From Eukaryota sp. TZLM1-RC (lineage: Eukaryota > Protista > Metamonada: BaSk clade): a stretch of 64,000 bases of DNA. Position numbers and translations under genes: made by a program. The notes under the pieces were generated by a model that saw nothing but the letters and a program-made list of their open reading frames with translations, ran no database searches and had not been told where the DNA came from. This document shows positions 36,080-48,761 of the stretch, one piece after another. Each line of letters starts with the position of its first letter. Positions within the stretch are counted from its first letter, which is position 1. The stretch is from the NCBI GenBank assembly GCA_040285825.1, contig JAUPSS010000001.1:744001-808000 (forward strand). Reading direction: 5' to 3'.

Positions 36080-38461
36080 TTAAACGACAATGCGAAGAGA
36101 AGGACGATTAGATGCTACTTGTCGAAGTTTGGATTCGGTTGGATTGCTAATGTTGTTGCCCCCAAGATACAATGTAGTCAGAGTGGAATTGCTCTCCAGA
36201 GCACGGGCGAGAGCACTAGCGCCTTCAGAGGTAATTTTGTTGAACCCAAGATCCAATTCAGTCATAGTGGAATTGCTCTCCAGAGCACGGGCGAGAGCAC
36301 TAGCGCCTTCATCGGTAATGTTGTTGGACCCAAGATTCAATGTAGTCAGAGAGGAATTGCTCTCCAGAGCACGGGCGAGAGCACTAAAGCCTTCAGAGGT
36401 AATTTTGTTGAACCCAAGATCCAATTCAGTCATAGTGGAATTGCTCTCCAGAGCACGGGCGAGAGCACTAGCGCCTTCATCGGTAATGTTGTTGGACCCA
36501 AGATTCAATGTAGTCAGAGAGGAATTGCTCTCCAGAGCACGGGCGAGAGCACTAAAGCCTTCAGAGGTAATGTTGTTGTAGTTGAGATTCAATTCAGTCA
36601 CAGTGGAATTGCTCTCCAGAGCACGGGCGAGAGCACTAAAGCCTTCAGAGGTAATGTTGTTGTCCTCAAGATACAATTCGGTCAGAGAGGAATTGCTCTC
36701 CAGAGCACGGGCGAGAGCACTAGCGCCTTCAGAGGTAATGTTGTTGTGCCGAAGATACAATATAGTCAGAGTGGAATTGCTCTCCAGAGCACGGGCGAGA
36801 GCACTAAAGCCTTCAGAGGTAATGTTGTTGTCCTCAAGATACAATATAGTCAGAGTGGAATTGCTCTCCAGAGCACGGGCGAGAGCACTAGCGCCTTCAG
36901 AGGTAATGTTGTTGTCCTCAAGATACAATTCAGTGATAGAACCATTAACCAAACCCTCAACACCCTTCTTCACCTCATCTCCCAATCCATTCCAATTTAC
37001 ATTCGACTTGATGTCTTCCAAAATTTCTTCTTTAGATGGAGGATGATGATCATCGATATTGTTCAAAGGTTGATTACAATGGCACTTTCTCAACAATGCT
37101 TCAAGGTCAGCAATTCTGCTTCCTAAATCAGAATTAGTTCTACTGAGTAGAGTATTTTGATTTTCCAATTCATCAATGGTAGATCTAAGGTTGGCAATTT
37201 CTGTATCTTTCTCAGCAATACCGGCCTTGCTGGCATTTAAAGCTTCTTCCATGGTGGCAATTCTAGCATCACGTTCTTCCAAAGAGTGACTGAGGTGTTG
37301 ATTGGAGGCATTGATACCGGCCCTTTCTTCTTCCAACCGCGCAATTCTGGAATCCCGTTCAGTCAAATCGTTGATGAGTTGTTGATTGGAAGCCTCCAAA
37401 TCAGTAACATTCTTTCGTAGAGACTCGATTGTGGAGTTTGCAGATTGCAGTTGCGTTTGAACATCATTGTTAATACTAACAGAATTTTCATCACCTTCTT
37501 CAGCAAAGTCATCCAATTGATCCAAAACTAGAAGAACTTGAGCAATACTTGGTCTGGCAGCTGGATCTGAAGAGCAACACTGGGCGATTAATTCTTTGAG
37601 CACACTGGGAACGTGTTCACCCAAAGCAAATGGTGTCTTAAAATACTTAGCTCCCATTATGGCAAGCTGATCCATATTGACAAATGGCCTATAATTACAA
37701 AGTAACTCACAAAGGATGATTCCAATTGCATAGATGTCTGAGGCAAGAGACAATTTGTTCTCAAACTGTTCCAAGGCTGCATACCGAGCTGTACATGATA
37801 GATTGGTGGCCGTGGAAGTCTTGGCAACAGTCCTGGATGTTCCAAAATCGGCCAATTTGATTTGCCCATTGACAAAAAGAATGTTTTCGGGCTTGAGATC
37901 TCCATGTGCAAGTGATTTGGAGTGCAGGAAACGGACTGCCTGGCAGATCTTCTTGGCAAACAAGAGACTTTGTTTAGTCAATCTTGACGGCACTGACAGA
38001 GAACCTTCAGCAAGTTCCATAATTATGGCGAGTCTGTCCATTAAGCTGACCAGACCAAAAACGCGGAGGATAAAGGGATGATCAATCTTGGCCATAATAC
38101 CAATCTCTTTCCTCAGTCGTTTCTTACCTTCTTCTGTGAGAGCAACAGTCTTGGCGGCGACGTCTGAATTAAACCAAGAAGCGGCAAACACCTGTGCATA
38201 TCCTCCTTGTCCAATCATGTGCAAAAGTTTGACCTGGTTAGAGGGAATGTGTACACAGAGGTCCTCCTTGCAAGAAGCTTTGGCTATATCGCGCAAACTG
38301 ATGTTGACTTCCGGTGACGGCAGGATATCTTCATTGCAGATCGGACAGGATTCCACAGCATCAGAGCATACACCGCATACACTATGGCGCTGACTGCAAA
38401 CAACCAGTGGCACACGAGACTCTTCGTTGAAATCCATTGAACAATGTGGACACGAGAGCAT
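36080..38461 (-). CDS. RING finger - non-RD protein kinase - coiled coil - 10x LRR protein, copy 2 (intact, 793 aa)
   Basis: C3HC4-like CPHC..C..H..CGVC..CPIC; kinase GQGGYA / VAAK / HGDLKPEN / DFG / DIYAIG; 84-bp LRRs in about 36140-36940. Confidence 0.92.
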   Translation of the reverse strand: MLSCPHCSMDFNEESRVPLVVCSQRHSVCGVCSDAVESCPICNEDILPSPEVNISLRDIAKASCKEDLCVHIPSNQVKLLHMIGQGGYAQVFAASWFNSDVAAKTVALTEEGKKRLRKEIGIMAKIDHPFILRVFGLVSLMDRLAIIMELAEGSLSVPSRLTKQSLLFAKKICQAVRFLHSKSLAHGDLKPENILFVNGQIKLADFGTSRTVAKTSTATNLSCTARYAALEQFENKLSLASDIYAIGIILCELLCNYRPFVNMDQLAIMGAKYFKTPFALGEHVPSVLKELIAQCCSSDPAARPSIAQVLLVLDQLDDFAEEGDENSVSINNDVQTQLQSANSTIESLRKNVTDLEASNQQLINDLTERDSRIARLEEERAGINASNQHLSHSLEERDARIATMEEALNASKAGIAEKDTEIANLRSTIDELENQNTLLSRTNSDLGSRIADLEALLRKCHCNQPLNNIDDHHPPSKEEILEDIKSNVNWNGLGDEVKKGVEGLVNGSITELYLEDNNITSEGASALARALESNSTLTILYLEDNNITSEGFSALARALESNSTLTILYLRHNNITSEGASALARALESNSSLTELYLEDNNITSEGFSALARALESNSTVTELNLNYNNITSEGFSALARALESNSSLTTLNLGSNNITDEGASALARALESNSTMTELDLGFNKITSEGFSALARALESNSSLTTLNLGSNNITDEGASALARALESNSTMTELDLGFNKITSEGASALARALESNSTLTTLYLGGNNISNPTESKLRQVASNRPSLRIVV

Positions 38462-39394
38462 TGTGAGAAAACAAGATAATTACCAAAATTGCCAATGAAC
38501 ATTCCTTCATGCTAATTTCTATTTCCCATTGGTCATAGGTGCCATTTCACACAACATATTTCATATATTTGTCACATTCTAGTTTTGTTTGTATGGCCGG
38601 AACACTGATCAATAAGAATTTTATGTCCATTTTTATAACTTGGCTGCTTGCACAACATCTTTTTAGTCTTCGCAGTTCAATTGTCCAATTTTTTGGGAAT
38701 TGCAACTTCAAAATTTCCTCAGTCAATTTCAGTCACAAAGAGTCCAAATTTGTATCCAGGAAGTTCAAACTTTATTTTTCATGATTCATTCCGTTGTGTT
38801 TTGACAACCTTTCATACACATCATCAAGAACTAAACATCATCCATAGACAGTAAATGCAAAATCGAGAAATTAAATCACTGCTGATTTAAATGTTTGTTG
38901 AATCCAAAAAAATAGGGAAAAAACACTGTGTGCCTTTTTTCTCAATTTTCGAAGAGTTGTTAGGTAGTTTGTGCAATAAAAATGTCCCTTAAAATTGGTG
39001 AGAGTTTACTTGTTATTATTCTGATTTTTGAGCTGAATACCAATAAATATGCTGTATCATCAATAGAAGTTTCATGTGTTTTTGGTAGCCATTTTTTCTT
39101 CTATCATCTGGAAATTCACAACATTGTAGTATTTGACATTACTTCACATCACGTCTTGTATCGGATGCTACCATTCCAAATACAGTAGGAAAAAGCTTTG
39201 TTTAACGCTCAAAAGTCGCTCAATTAAAGAGCATCCATCCCATGAAAAGCTTGTTTTAAAACCATTTTGTTGAAATTGATTATTGGAGTTAACGTAGGGG
39301 ATAACGAGACAGTAGCTCAAAAAGATACTGCTTTATTTATTCAAAAAGATATAGCACGAAAACACTATTTAAATTAACTACCTATCACCAATAA

Positions 39395-40664
39395 CTATTT
39401 AACTGGTGGTGTGGTTAATTCAATCAAAGTATCTGGATCTCTATATATCTGAATGATTTCCTTGTAAATTGATTCTTCAATGACCAAATCTGAGATACTC
39501 CTGGCCAGGAACAAATCCTCACAGATTTCAAGTAATTTATCCACATTTGGGAGAGCCGAAACAAAAATTTGGGATTTGCTGTCCGAAAATGAAAGTCGAA
39601 CAAACCTACCAACACCAATCACAATTGATAGATACAATCCAATCAAACCCCCCCTGGCATAAGCACCAAGTGCAGCGATCGATTCTAAACTATAAGTATA
39701 CATATAGAATGGTTCTCTTGAATCAGCATCCTTGATCAACCAATAAGTCTGTCCGTCACGTTCTCTGCGCTGAATGAGAGTATCCTCACGTTGATCAGAA
39801 AAGATTGGTGATTCGGCCAGAGGAATTAATGCAGCTCTTGGAAGTAAAGGTATTGTTACTTCTTCTAAATCACCAGAAAATAACTTGGCCAACTCTAAAC
39901 AATGTTCATGATCTAAATTGAACGAGTACCATCCCTTTGCTGTCCTCCTATCGCTTGGATAGTGTCTGTTAAACATGAAAGCTTATGCATGAAAGCTGGG
40001 CCAAGTAGTTGGAATTGCGATGTAAATAAAGAAATCACAGGTGACGTGATTGATGGGGAAGGTGATTTGATGAAGGAGGTAGAAATGATTAATTGAATAA
40101 TCAAAGGTAATAAAATTAAAGCATGCTCTAGACAAAAAACAGAGTCACAATGGTTGAGTGAGGGTAATGCAAATATTTTAAATTTGGGACTTTTAATAAA
40201 ATCTTGAGGCAATGCTATTGATAAATAAGTAATTGTTAATCGAGTTATTGTTAAAATTGAGGTTATTAGATAAAGCAGCTTCCTACTAGTTCTGTTTGTG
40301 TGTTTGATTAGAGTTAAATCAAAAATACAAATTATTAACGGAATTAGATTTAAAATATATGGTTGGAATGTTGAAATTACTAGGATGAAAACGACTAAAT
40401 TTTTGATAATTGAAGGTCTTGAAAGGGAAATGAAGCGCTAATTAAAGTCAATTCCCTTAAGAAAAACAAAAGATAATACTGGAAAAATAAGAAAAACAAA
40501 TCGATCAAATAAAAGGTCAAAATGATAACGTGATATCACGTCAACATAATGAGCTGGGAAAAGTGTGGATAAATAATCCATTACTGGGGTGTATTGGATT
40601 ATAAATAAACTAGCAATGACCAAAACCAAACTAGAAAATCCGATAAAGTCAATTAAAGAATTTC
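39395..40664 (-). pseudogene. Piezo fragment with internal ~2.85-kb deletion
   Basis: 39395-39974 matches 48762-49341; 39984-40664 matches about 52189-52870. Confidence 0.85.
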
Positions 40665-42479
40665 CAGAGCCTCACTTCCACAAAGCACAAGATCACTTTG
40701 TTTGGGGATAGAAGAGTTGTTCTGGTCAGCACAGAGGATGAATGTGTTCTAAAAAGAGGTACGATTTTTAATTGTAGAATTAAAGGGAAAAATAGAGAAA
40801 TTACATTAGTTTTGGTTGAGGAATTCAATCCTGCTCTTGCGTATCCTGTTTGTTTTGCCGAAGAAAAGGCCCATGTTGATTTGGCTCTGCATTACTATGG
40901 AAATTTAGTCGAAAATTACAATGATCAATTAATCCATTTCCTAATCAATTCCTATGACCTTCCCTCTCTTAGACGAAGATTCAACAATTGTTATAGGCTT
41001 GTGTTGTGCATCATATTAGCTCATGCTTTGAGAGTCGTGAATGCCAATGGTTATGCTCTGAATGGTGAATCCTTTACTAGATTGAATTTTAATTTGCTAT
41101 GTAATTCTGTCTATTTTTTTGACGATTTTTTTAATCATGATTTTGATTTTTTTGCAACTAATGATGTTAAACCGATCGAGTTTTTGGAAAAAGACTGTCT
41201 TGAATGTGCGATTGGCCTTGATCCTACCACTAACCGTGTTGGTGTCCTAAATATGGCTAATGAGGAACATCCTGGTGGTGGTTATCTCACGGGTGCCAGT
41301 GCTCAAGAAGAATCACTTTTCAGAAGAACTACTCTGGGTGCTGCTTTGGATCCTGAACAGTATGGTGGACAGGTAGTTTCTGGCCAAAGGGTAGCATATC
41401 CATGGAACACAGCTAAAATTGATGTTGTAGTTACCGAAAATGTGGAAATTTTCAAAACAACTGAAACTACTGGATGTCAATTGCTTGAAAAACCACAAAG
41501 AGTTACCATTATAAGTACTGCTGCTCCTCAAAATCCACAAAAAAAGGAAGTTGAAAACTTTGGTGAAGACTATGCTCATTTTGATGATTTACAATTACTA
41601 TACAAGAGATGGACCTCTGTCTTTTCAGCTGCCATTAAACACGGAATTACTCATTTAGTGATTTGCCCTCTTGGTTGTGGAGCTTTCAGAAACCCTATTC
41701 CTGGTGCAATGACTGTTTTATCATTTGTACTTTCCATTTTCCACAGGTTTTTTGATTCAATTATATTTAGTGGATTTGGGGATTGTCTAGCACAATGCCA
41801 AGATTTAATTAAATACGATTTAATTCAAAATTCTCGAAATTTTATGCTTCCATGTCAAGATTTGCTCTTTCCCTGCAAACGTGTTGATGAAAGAGATCAT
41901 ATTTCAAAATTTCACCATGTTCCACGTTGTCCCTTTAAAAATTGTAACCAGTTGGCTTCACTATCCCATCGAACATTTTTTCAACATTTTACATCCACAA
42001 AATCGTTTCAAAAACCAAGATCTTCCTCTATTACTAAAAGAGCTCCTAAAATAAACTCTGAACTACCTCAATGTCCTAATCCTTATACCTGCGAGTATTA
42101 CTATGTGGATCATATGGGAAAGACCTCCGAGGGAGCCAAGCATTTAAGGGGGTTTAAACATATTTGTCGATATTCAGGATTTTGTAAAGATGTGGAAAAT
42201 GAGGAACACTGCAGACTATTTGACCACGTTGAGCTGGAAGTATGTGAACATGGGGTAAGTTGTGAAGGTCTTAAGGATCCTCTCCATCGCTTCACTTTTT
42301 CCCATGAACCTATACCAGTGATTCCTTATAAGTGCAAGTTTGGCGACAAGTGTGATAGGAAAAACGACTCTTCTTGTTATAGAAAATATGGGCATTGGAA
42401 TGTCAACCAAGATCCTGAATTTGTCAAGAAAACTATTTTGAAGAAAATTGTCAAAAGTTGTCTCAAACTTGACTTATAA
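40665..42479 (+). pseudogene. 5'-truncated copy of PARG-PBZ (catalytic domain and fingers still in an open frame)
   Basis: Near-identical to 8945-10759; joined directly to the Piezo fragment. Confidence 0.8.
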
Positions 42480-42681
42480 ATAAAGTTCATTAACGAATTT
42501 TTCTCTACTAATGCTAGTGTCTAGTCATCAAGTCTATTGAATTTATGGTGTCAAAATGTTGATTGATTGAATCATCTTGATTGATTGAATCACTTGTAGT
42601 TACTTTAACAGCACACCATTTTCTTTACACTTCCACATTCCAATGGAATCAAACCACAATGGAATCAAACCACAAAAACAA

Positions 42682-43417
42682 CTATATCTCACAACACCAC
42701 CCTTTGAATGCCAGACTCGTTCTCTGTTCGAAATGTTTCTTAGCATCCTCAAGCAACTCGTTTACATTTCCGAAGTGAGGTAAATGTGTAAGTAAAAGAT
42801 GATTTACTGACGCTTTTTGAGCAATTCTCGCTGCTTCTGTACTTGTTAAGTGTCCATAAGGCACTGCATCTTGCCAAGGATAGAAGCTCGCCTCGCAAAT
42901 GAACAAATCTACATCACTCACAAACTCTGCCAATGTCTCATGATAGGCAGTGTCTCCTAAATAAGCTACTGATTTGGATCCACAAGTAGCCTTAATGGCA
43001 AATGATTTAATTGAGTGGACATTTTCATGAAATTCCAACTCAAACGGACCTATTGTTTTTTCGGCTTTGCGGGTCATATGGAACAGTGTCAACAAATGGA
43101 GGTTTCTTTAACTTTGACAGTGTATCCTGATCATACGATGGGCCATATACTTTGAGTGGAGAATTCACCTTGCCTAGCTGTCTTTCCACTAGGCTAGCGT
43201 ATTGTAGTGGACCTACGTCAGCAATATGATCATGGTGGTAGTGGGAGATGACAACTGCATGCAGTTCGGTGTTAGAAACGAAGTGCAACATGTTGGACAA
43301 TACACCACTACCACAATCAATAAGAACATTGAAACCATCGTGCTGGAGCAAATAACCAGAGGTAGCGTCATTAGCTTTAGGATATCCTGCCCAGTGGCCT
43401 ATAACAGTTAGTTTCAT
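42682..43417 (-). CDS. MBL-fold hydrolase copy (frameshift in a T run near 43058; possible sequencing error)
   Basis: Near-identical to 10952-11686. Confidence 0.8.
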
Positions 43418-43896
43418 GAGGAATTCAATCAAACCACTGTTATTTATTTTATGAAAAGACTAATTGAATATAACACCCACTCACACTCGCATTAATATAT
43501 ATAGGATAATGGCATGAACCATTCTAATGGTTTTTGATATTTTGAGGTACACATACTCTAGGAATTGATCTAATCGCCATCATAGAGTTATCTCTGCTGT
43601 GTGGATGTTGGTATAACTACTTTGACAGGAAAAATTGATATTAGACAGTTGTATTTATAATGGTGATCTTGTGTGTAAAGACATAATTCAAGTTCAGTGA
43701 AGCATTGTATGATATTCAATTATAGAAATTCAATTTATTAATGAAATAAACATTTATGAATAAGTTTCATCTTCCAAATATGCTCTACCCAATGCCTTTG
43801 TTTGTCTCTCAAAAGTTAGGGCAACCAATGGGGTAATGTCTTGTTTGTGATATGATGAGCGGGATGCAAAATGGAATTCTCCTTTATGGGTAATTT

Positions 43897-44074
43897 TACG
43901 AAGAATTTTCTTCTGTAACCTCGATGGATAAATTCTCACCTTTTGTGCTTTTATACCTTCGTCTACCCATTTGTCTGCAATTGAAGATATAAATGATTGA
44001 GAGCAAGTCATCTGTGAGTTCTTGTTCTGTTGATTTTTCACTGTCTTTATCGACAACCAAGATTTTTGTTTCAT
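43897..44074 (-). pseudogene. Fanzor2 / TnpB-like N-terminal remnant, copy 2
   Basis: Duplicate of 15470-15647. Confidence 0.55.
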
Positions 44075-44314
44075 ATAATATGTTTCATATTTGAGGTGGC
44101 ATTTTTTGATTGAGCTGATTGGAAATGCATAAATTCACATTCTGTTATTCCGAAACCTTTGAGGTTGCAGGTGTTTTTTTATGGGTGGTATTAGTTGAGA
44201 TAAATTTGAAAAATATACAGATGTTTGATGACCAAACATCTGTGAACGTCTTTAAAACACGTAAGATAATTAAACCATATACTTTGACTCAGTTTTGCGT
44301 TGTCTATGAAAAGG

Positions 44315-44819
44315 TGATGCCGTTATGCAGATGAACACACGAAGGAGAGAGAACACTAAGTTTATTAATAACTGATTCATAATCGAGTATAACGTGATCA
44401 GTCGAAATACAAAGAACCCTACTAAATCAATTTTAATTCAACAACAACCGAAGGTGTAGCCTGGAATGCAGGTTAGCTGTTCTTGAGTAGCGAATGTGAT
44501 GGTTCCTTCTAGTTTATTGAGACTAATAATGTCAATAATATATGTTATGTCATTCTGTTCATCTCGACTTCTCGACTTATACCAACAAATGTACATTTGA
44601 ACTGTGTGTAATGATGTCAAAAAAATTACCGTAAAAATTGGACAACTTCTTTTTCTGCCGTGTTCATGTATTGCTCAATGTCTTCAAAAAAACGGAAAAA
44701 ATGTTGTTGTTTAACTTAAATTGATTTAGTAGATTTCTTCGTGATATTAGTTTATGAATTAATTTTATAAACTCAGAATTCTCTCTTTGTTTCGTGTGTT
44801 CATCTGCCTAACGGCATCA
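44315..44819. mobile_element. MITE-like element, copy 3
   Basis: Same TIRs as copies 1 and 2. Confidence 0.7.
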
Positions 44820-44834
44820 AATAGTTTTCTTCTT

Positions 44835-45578
44835 GCTGGCGAAAAATACAAAATTTTTTAATTCGTGAAACATACTTCTTTTGTCAATGAATATTCACAT
44901 GCCCAATACATTTTATGTTCATTTGTTTTTTCCTTGCTTGGGTCTTTGGATAAGGCTGCAATGATCTCCGTCAAGAATTTTGATGTAGTTGAAAAGGAAA
45001 GAACTGGAAGAGTTTTCAAATGTGTTTACTGGCAAAACCGGATTGTATTATTTATTTTTAAGGGAATGGTGAATTAATTTCTGATTCATTCTGCATTTTT
45101 TTGGGAAATATTCTGAATCTTTAGTAATTGATTGTTTTGTGGTAGAGGAGGCACACTTTGAGGATATGGAGCTTTAGTTGTGTATTTGATTATTTTATTC
45201 TTTATTGGATTAAAAGTTATGCATAAAAGATGGAAATTTTGTGGATTCCTCTCAAGTTGTTGTTGATTTCACTACAGTTGATCCCTTTGCTTTGTTTTAT
45301 CGCGATGATGTTTTACTTAGTACTAATGGCCATTTAAACAAGTCTGAAGATCGTAAGAGAGATAAATATACTGAGATATTAAATGATTTAAATAAGAACC
45401 TTTATTGGAAGTTTTCGTTTGTTCCTTTTGCCTTTTCGATTTTTGGCAACTTTGGACAGTTCGCCTTGAATTTCATGAATGATTTTGATAATTTATGTCG
45501 TTCAAAGTGGTAACAATTTTGCAGGGAATTTATGAAAGAATCGTATCATTTTCGCTTTGTACAGAAGTGTTTCCAAAT
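44835..45578 (+). mobile_element. stacked 3' fragments of CRE-like families B and A
   Basis: Duplicate of 16408-17150. Confidence 0.8.
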
Positions 45579-45830
45579 AATTTTGTTTCTTGTGTGTTTT
45601 AGTTTCTTTTGATTTGATTCTGCGTAGAAAACGAATATTTTTGTTAAAATTACAGTAACAATTTCTCACAAAAGGAAATTTTTGCGAATAACATGCTAAA
45701 TCAAGATCCACAAAAACCTAAAATGCCCAATCTTCAGAATCACCCTCATTGATCAAGCACCATGCAGTCAGACCCGGAAAGTGGGAAAGGAAATGCTGGC
45801 TCCCACTTTGGGGTCCCCTTTTGCCAAAAG

Positions 45831-45904
45831 TGCAGCAGATAGGATTCGAACCCTGTTGCCAAAGCAGAGAACGAAGAGCAAACCCACTGGACTACGATGT
45901 TGGC
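45831..45904 (-). ncRNA. tRNA-derived Pol III element, copy 2
   Basis: Identical 74 nt to 35896-35969. Confidence 0.55.
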
Positions 45905-46014
45905 AGTTGTTTATGTTGTTTTTTCTAATTTGTATTAGGTTTTGATTTGTATTGATGTTGGACGATTTTATAGTTGGTTTTGTATTCATGGAAAAAGTAA
46001 TTGAAATGTGTTTA

Positions 46015-47170
46015 TTAAACGAAAAGTCGGAGAGAAGGACGATTAGATGCTACTTGTCGAAGTTTGGATTTGGTTGGATTGCTAATGTTGTTGTACTGAA
46101 GATGCAATATAGTCAGAGTGGAATTGCTCTCCAGAGCACGGGCGAGAGCACTAGCGCCTTCAGAGGTAATGTTGTTGTACCGAAGATGCAATGTAGTCAG
46201 AGTGGAATTGCTCTCCAGAGCACGGGCGAGAGCACTAGCGCCTTCAGAGGTAATGTTGTTGGACCAAAGATGCAATTCAGTCAGAGTGGAATTGTTCTCC
46301 AGAGCAAGGGCGAGAGCACTAGCGCCTTCATCGGTAATGTTGTTGCCCCCAAGATGCAATCCAGTCAGAGTGGAATTGCTCTCCAGAGCACGGGCGAGAG
46401 CACTAGCGCCTTCAGAGGTAATGTTGTTTTGCCGAAGATTCAATTCAGTGATGGAACCATCAACCAAACCCTCAACACCCTTCTTCACCTTATCCCCCAA
46501 TCCATTCCAATTTACATTCGACATAATATCTTCCAAAATTTCTTCTTTAGATGGAGGATGATCATCATCGATATTGTTCAAAGGTTGATTACAATGGCAC
46601 TTTCTCAACAACGCTTCAAGGTCAGCAATTCTGCTTCCTAAATCAGAATTAGTTCTACTGAGTAGAGTATTTTGATTTTCCAATTCATCAATGGTAAATC
46701 TAAGGTTGGCAATTTCGGCATTTTTCTGCGCAATAGTGGCATTGTAGGCTTGCTCCACAGCATTCTTTTCCTTTTCCAACCTGGCAATTCCAGCATCACG
46801 TTCCTCCAAAATTCTGTTGAGTTGTTGATTTATGGATTCAAGGTCGGTTATTTGTTTCTGAAGGGATTCAATTGAAGAGTTGGCTGGCTGCAGTTGGTAT
46901 CTATCCAATTCTTCAATGTTTAATCTTGCATTTCGCACACCTTGAAGAACACTTTCAATTTTGGGACGGTTCTCAGCCTTAGGACTAACCATGCTTGCAA
47001 TTAATGGCCTCCATAATGTCGGTAGCTTATCCAAATTAATCAGTGCAGCACCATGGGAAGAAATTCGACTAACCTGTAGTTGAGCAGGATTCGTAACTAC
47101 TTTTGAAGGATCCGTATTGGCTAAAATTCCCCAAAAGAGCACACCCAAAGAAAAGATGTCTACTTCAGAA
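46015..47170 (-). pseudogene. 5'-truncated kinase - coiled coil - 5x LRR gene, copy 3, with a different kinase C-lobe
   Basis: Begins at kinase subdomain IX (SEVDIFSLGVLFW..RPKIESVL). Stalk (from EIANLR) and cap are shared with copies 1 and 2. Confidence 0.8.
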
Positions 47171-47369
47171 TAGGTGCCATTTCACACAACATATTTCATA
47201 TATTTGTTACATTCTATACGTGCCCCATCTAGACCACCATTTATTACTCAATTTTGGGCATATCGTGCTACATGAGAATCCCCATAATGAAAATGACACT
47301 TTAGGCAAATCACAGTGAAAAAATGTGTTCCTATGGCGAATCATAGGAAATCTTTCAGTTACTTTCTCT

Positions 47370-47543
47370 ATGTGTGACTATGCCACCACTAGAAGTGAGT
47401 ATGCTGCCCATTACAGACAGTGTCCGTCACGAGTTAAACGATGTAATTTGTGTGATGCTTTTGTCCCAATCACTGAGTCTGAATTAATTCAGCATGCAGT
47501 GGAAAATCATTCTAAGGATGTAGTTAATAAATTTTTTTCGTAG
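47370..47543 (+). other. small Cys/His-rich zinc-finger-like ORF fragment
   Basis: MCDY..HYRQCPSRVKRCNLC..HAVENH (TRAF/C2H2-like spacing). Confidence 0.3.
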
Positions 47544-48761
47544 ATGTTTCCTTATAGTTCAATGCAATTATGTTTTGCACCCAATAAACTTTGGCGAATG
47601 CGATTTGTTGTGGAAGTATTTCAGAAGCTACACTAGAACTATAAAATGAAGAATTTAACTTTACTACGATAATTTTTGAACAGTTGCCGGTTTTTAAAGC
47701 AGTTTGAAATTAAGTTTGTTAGTAAAATGATATTAAGCAACATTCCTGGTTGTCTGTCTGTGTACCGACATCTAATCTACTGAAAATGTGAAAAAATATT
47801 TTGAGAATTCAAGGTAGTAGCGTCTTCTCACCATATTTTTGCAGTTCAAAAATACTGACAATGGTGTTGAACTTGAGCAAAAGAACGTTCAATTCTATTC
47901 AACCCCAAAAACAACCACATTCGAAAGAGAATTTTGTGTTTACAAATGGACAAAAGATGATCTAAAACTCTAGTTTTGTTTGAATGGCACGAACACTGAT
48001 CAATAAGAATTTTATGTCCATTTTTATAACTTGGCTGCTTGCACAACATCTTTTTAGTCTTCGCAGTTCAATTGTCCAATTTTTTGGGAATTGCAACTTC
48101 AAAATTTCCTCAGTCAATTTCAGTCACAAAGAGTCCAAATTTGTATCCAGGAAGTTCAAACTTTATTTTTCATGATTCATTCCGTTGTGTTTTGACAACC
48201 TTACATACACATAGACAGTAAATGCAAAATCGAGAAATTAAATCACTGCTGATTTCAATGTTTGTTGAATCCAAAAAAATAGGGAAAAAACACTGTGTGC
48301 CTTTTTTCTCAATTTTCGAAGAGTTGTTAGGTAGTTTGTGCAATAACAATGTCCCTTAAAATTGGTGAGAGTTTACTTGTTATTATTCTGATTTTTGAGC
48401 TGAATACCAATAAATATGCTGTATCATCAATAGAAGTTTCATGTGTTTTTGGTAGCCATTTTTTCTTCTATCATCTGGAAATTTACAACATTGTAGTATT
48501 TGACATTACTTCACATCACGTCTTGTATCGGATGCTACCATTCCAAATACAGTAGGAAAAAGCTTTGTTTAACGCTCAAAAGTCGCTCAATTAAAGAGCA
48601 TCCATCCCATGAAAAGCTTGTTTTAAAACCATTTTGTTGAAATTGATTATTGGAGTTAACGTAACGGATAACGAGACAGTAGCTCAAAAAAGATACTGCT
48701 TTATTTATTCAAAAGATATAGCACGAAAACACTATTTAAATTAACTACCTATCACCAATAA

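Noticed and set aside
36140-36940. Constant-plus-variable 84-bp periodicity resembling a CRISPR array (also 1-600 and 46080-46460)
   Set aside because: Period is exactly 28 codons in an open LRR frame, the variable parts keep LxLxxN, there are no cas genes, and the context is eukaryotic
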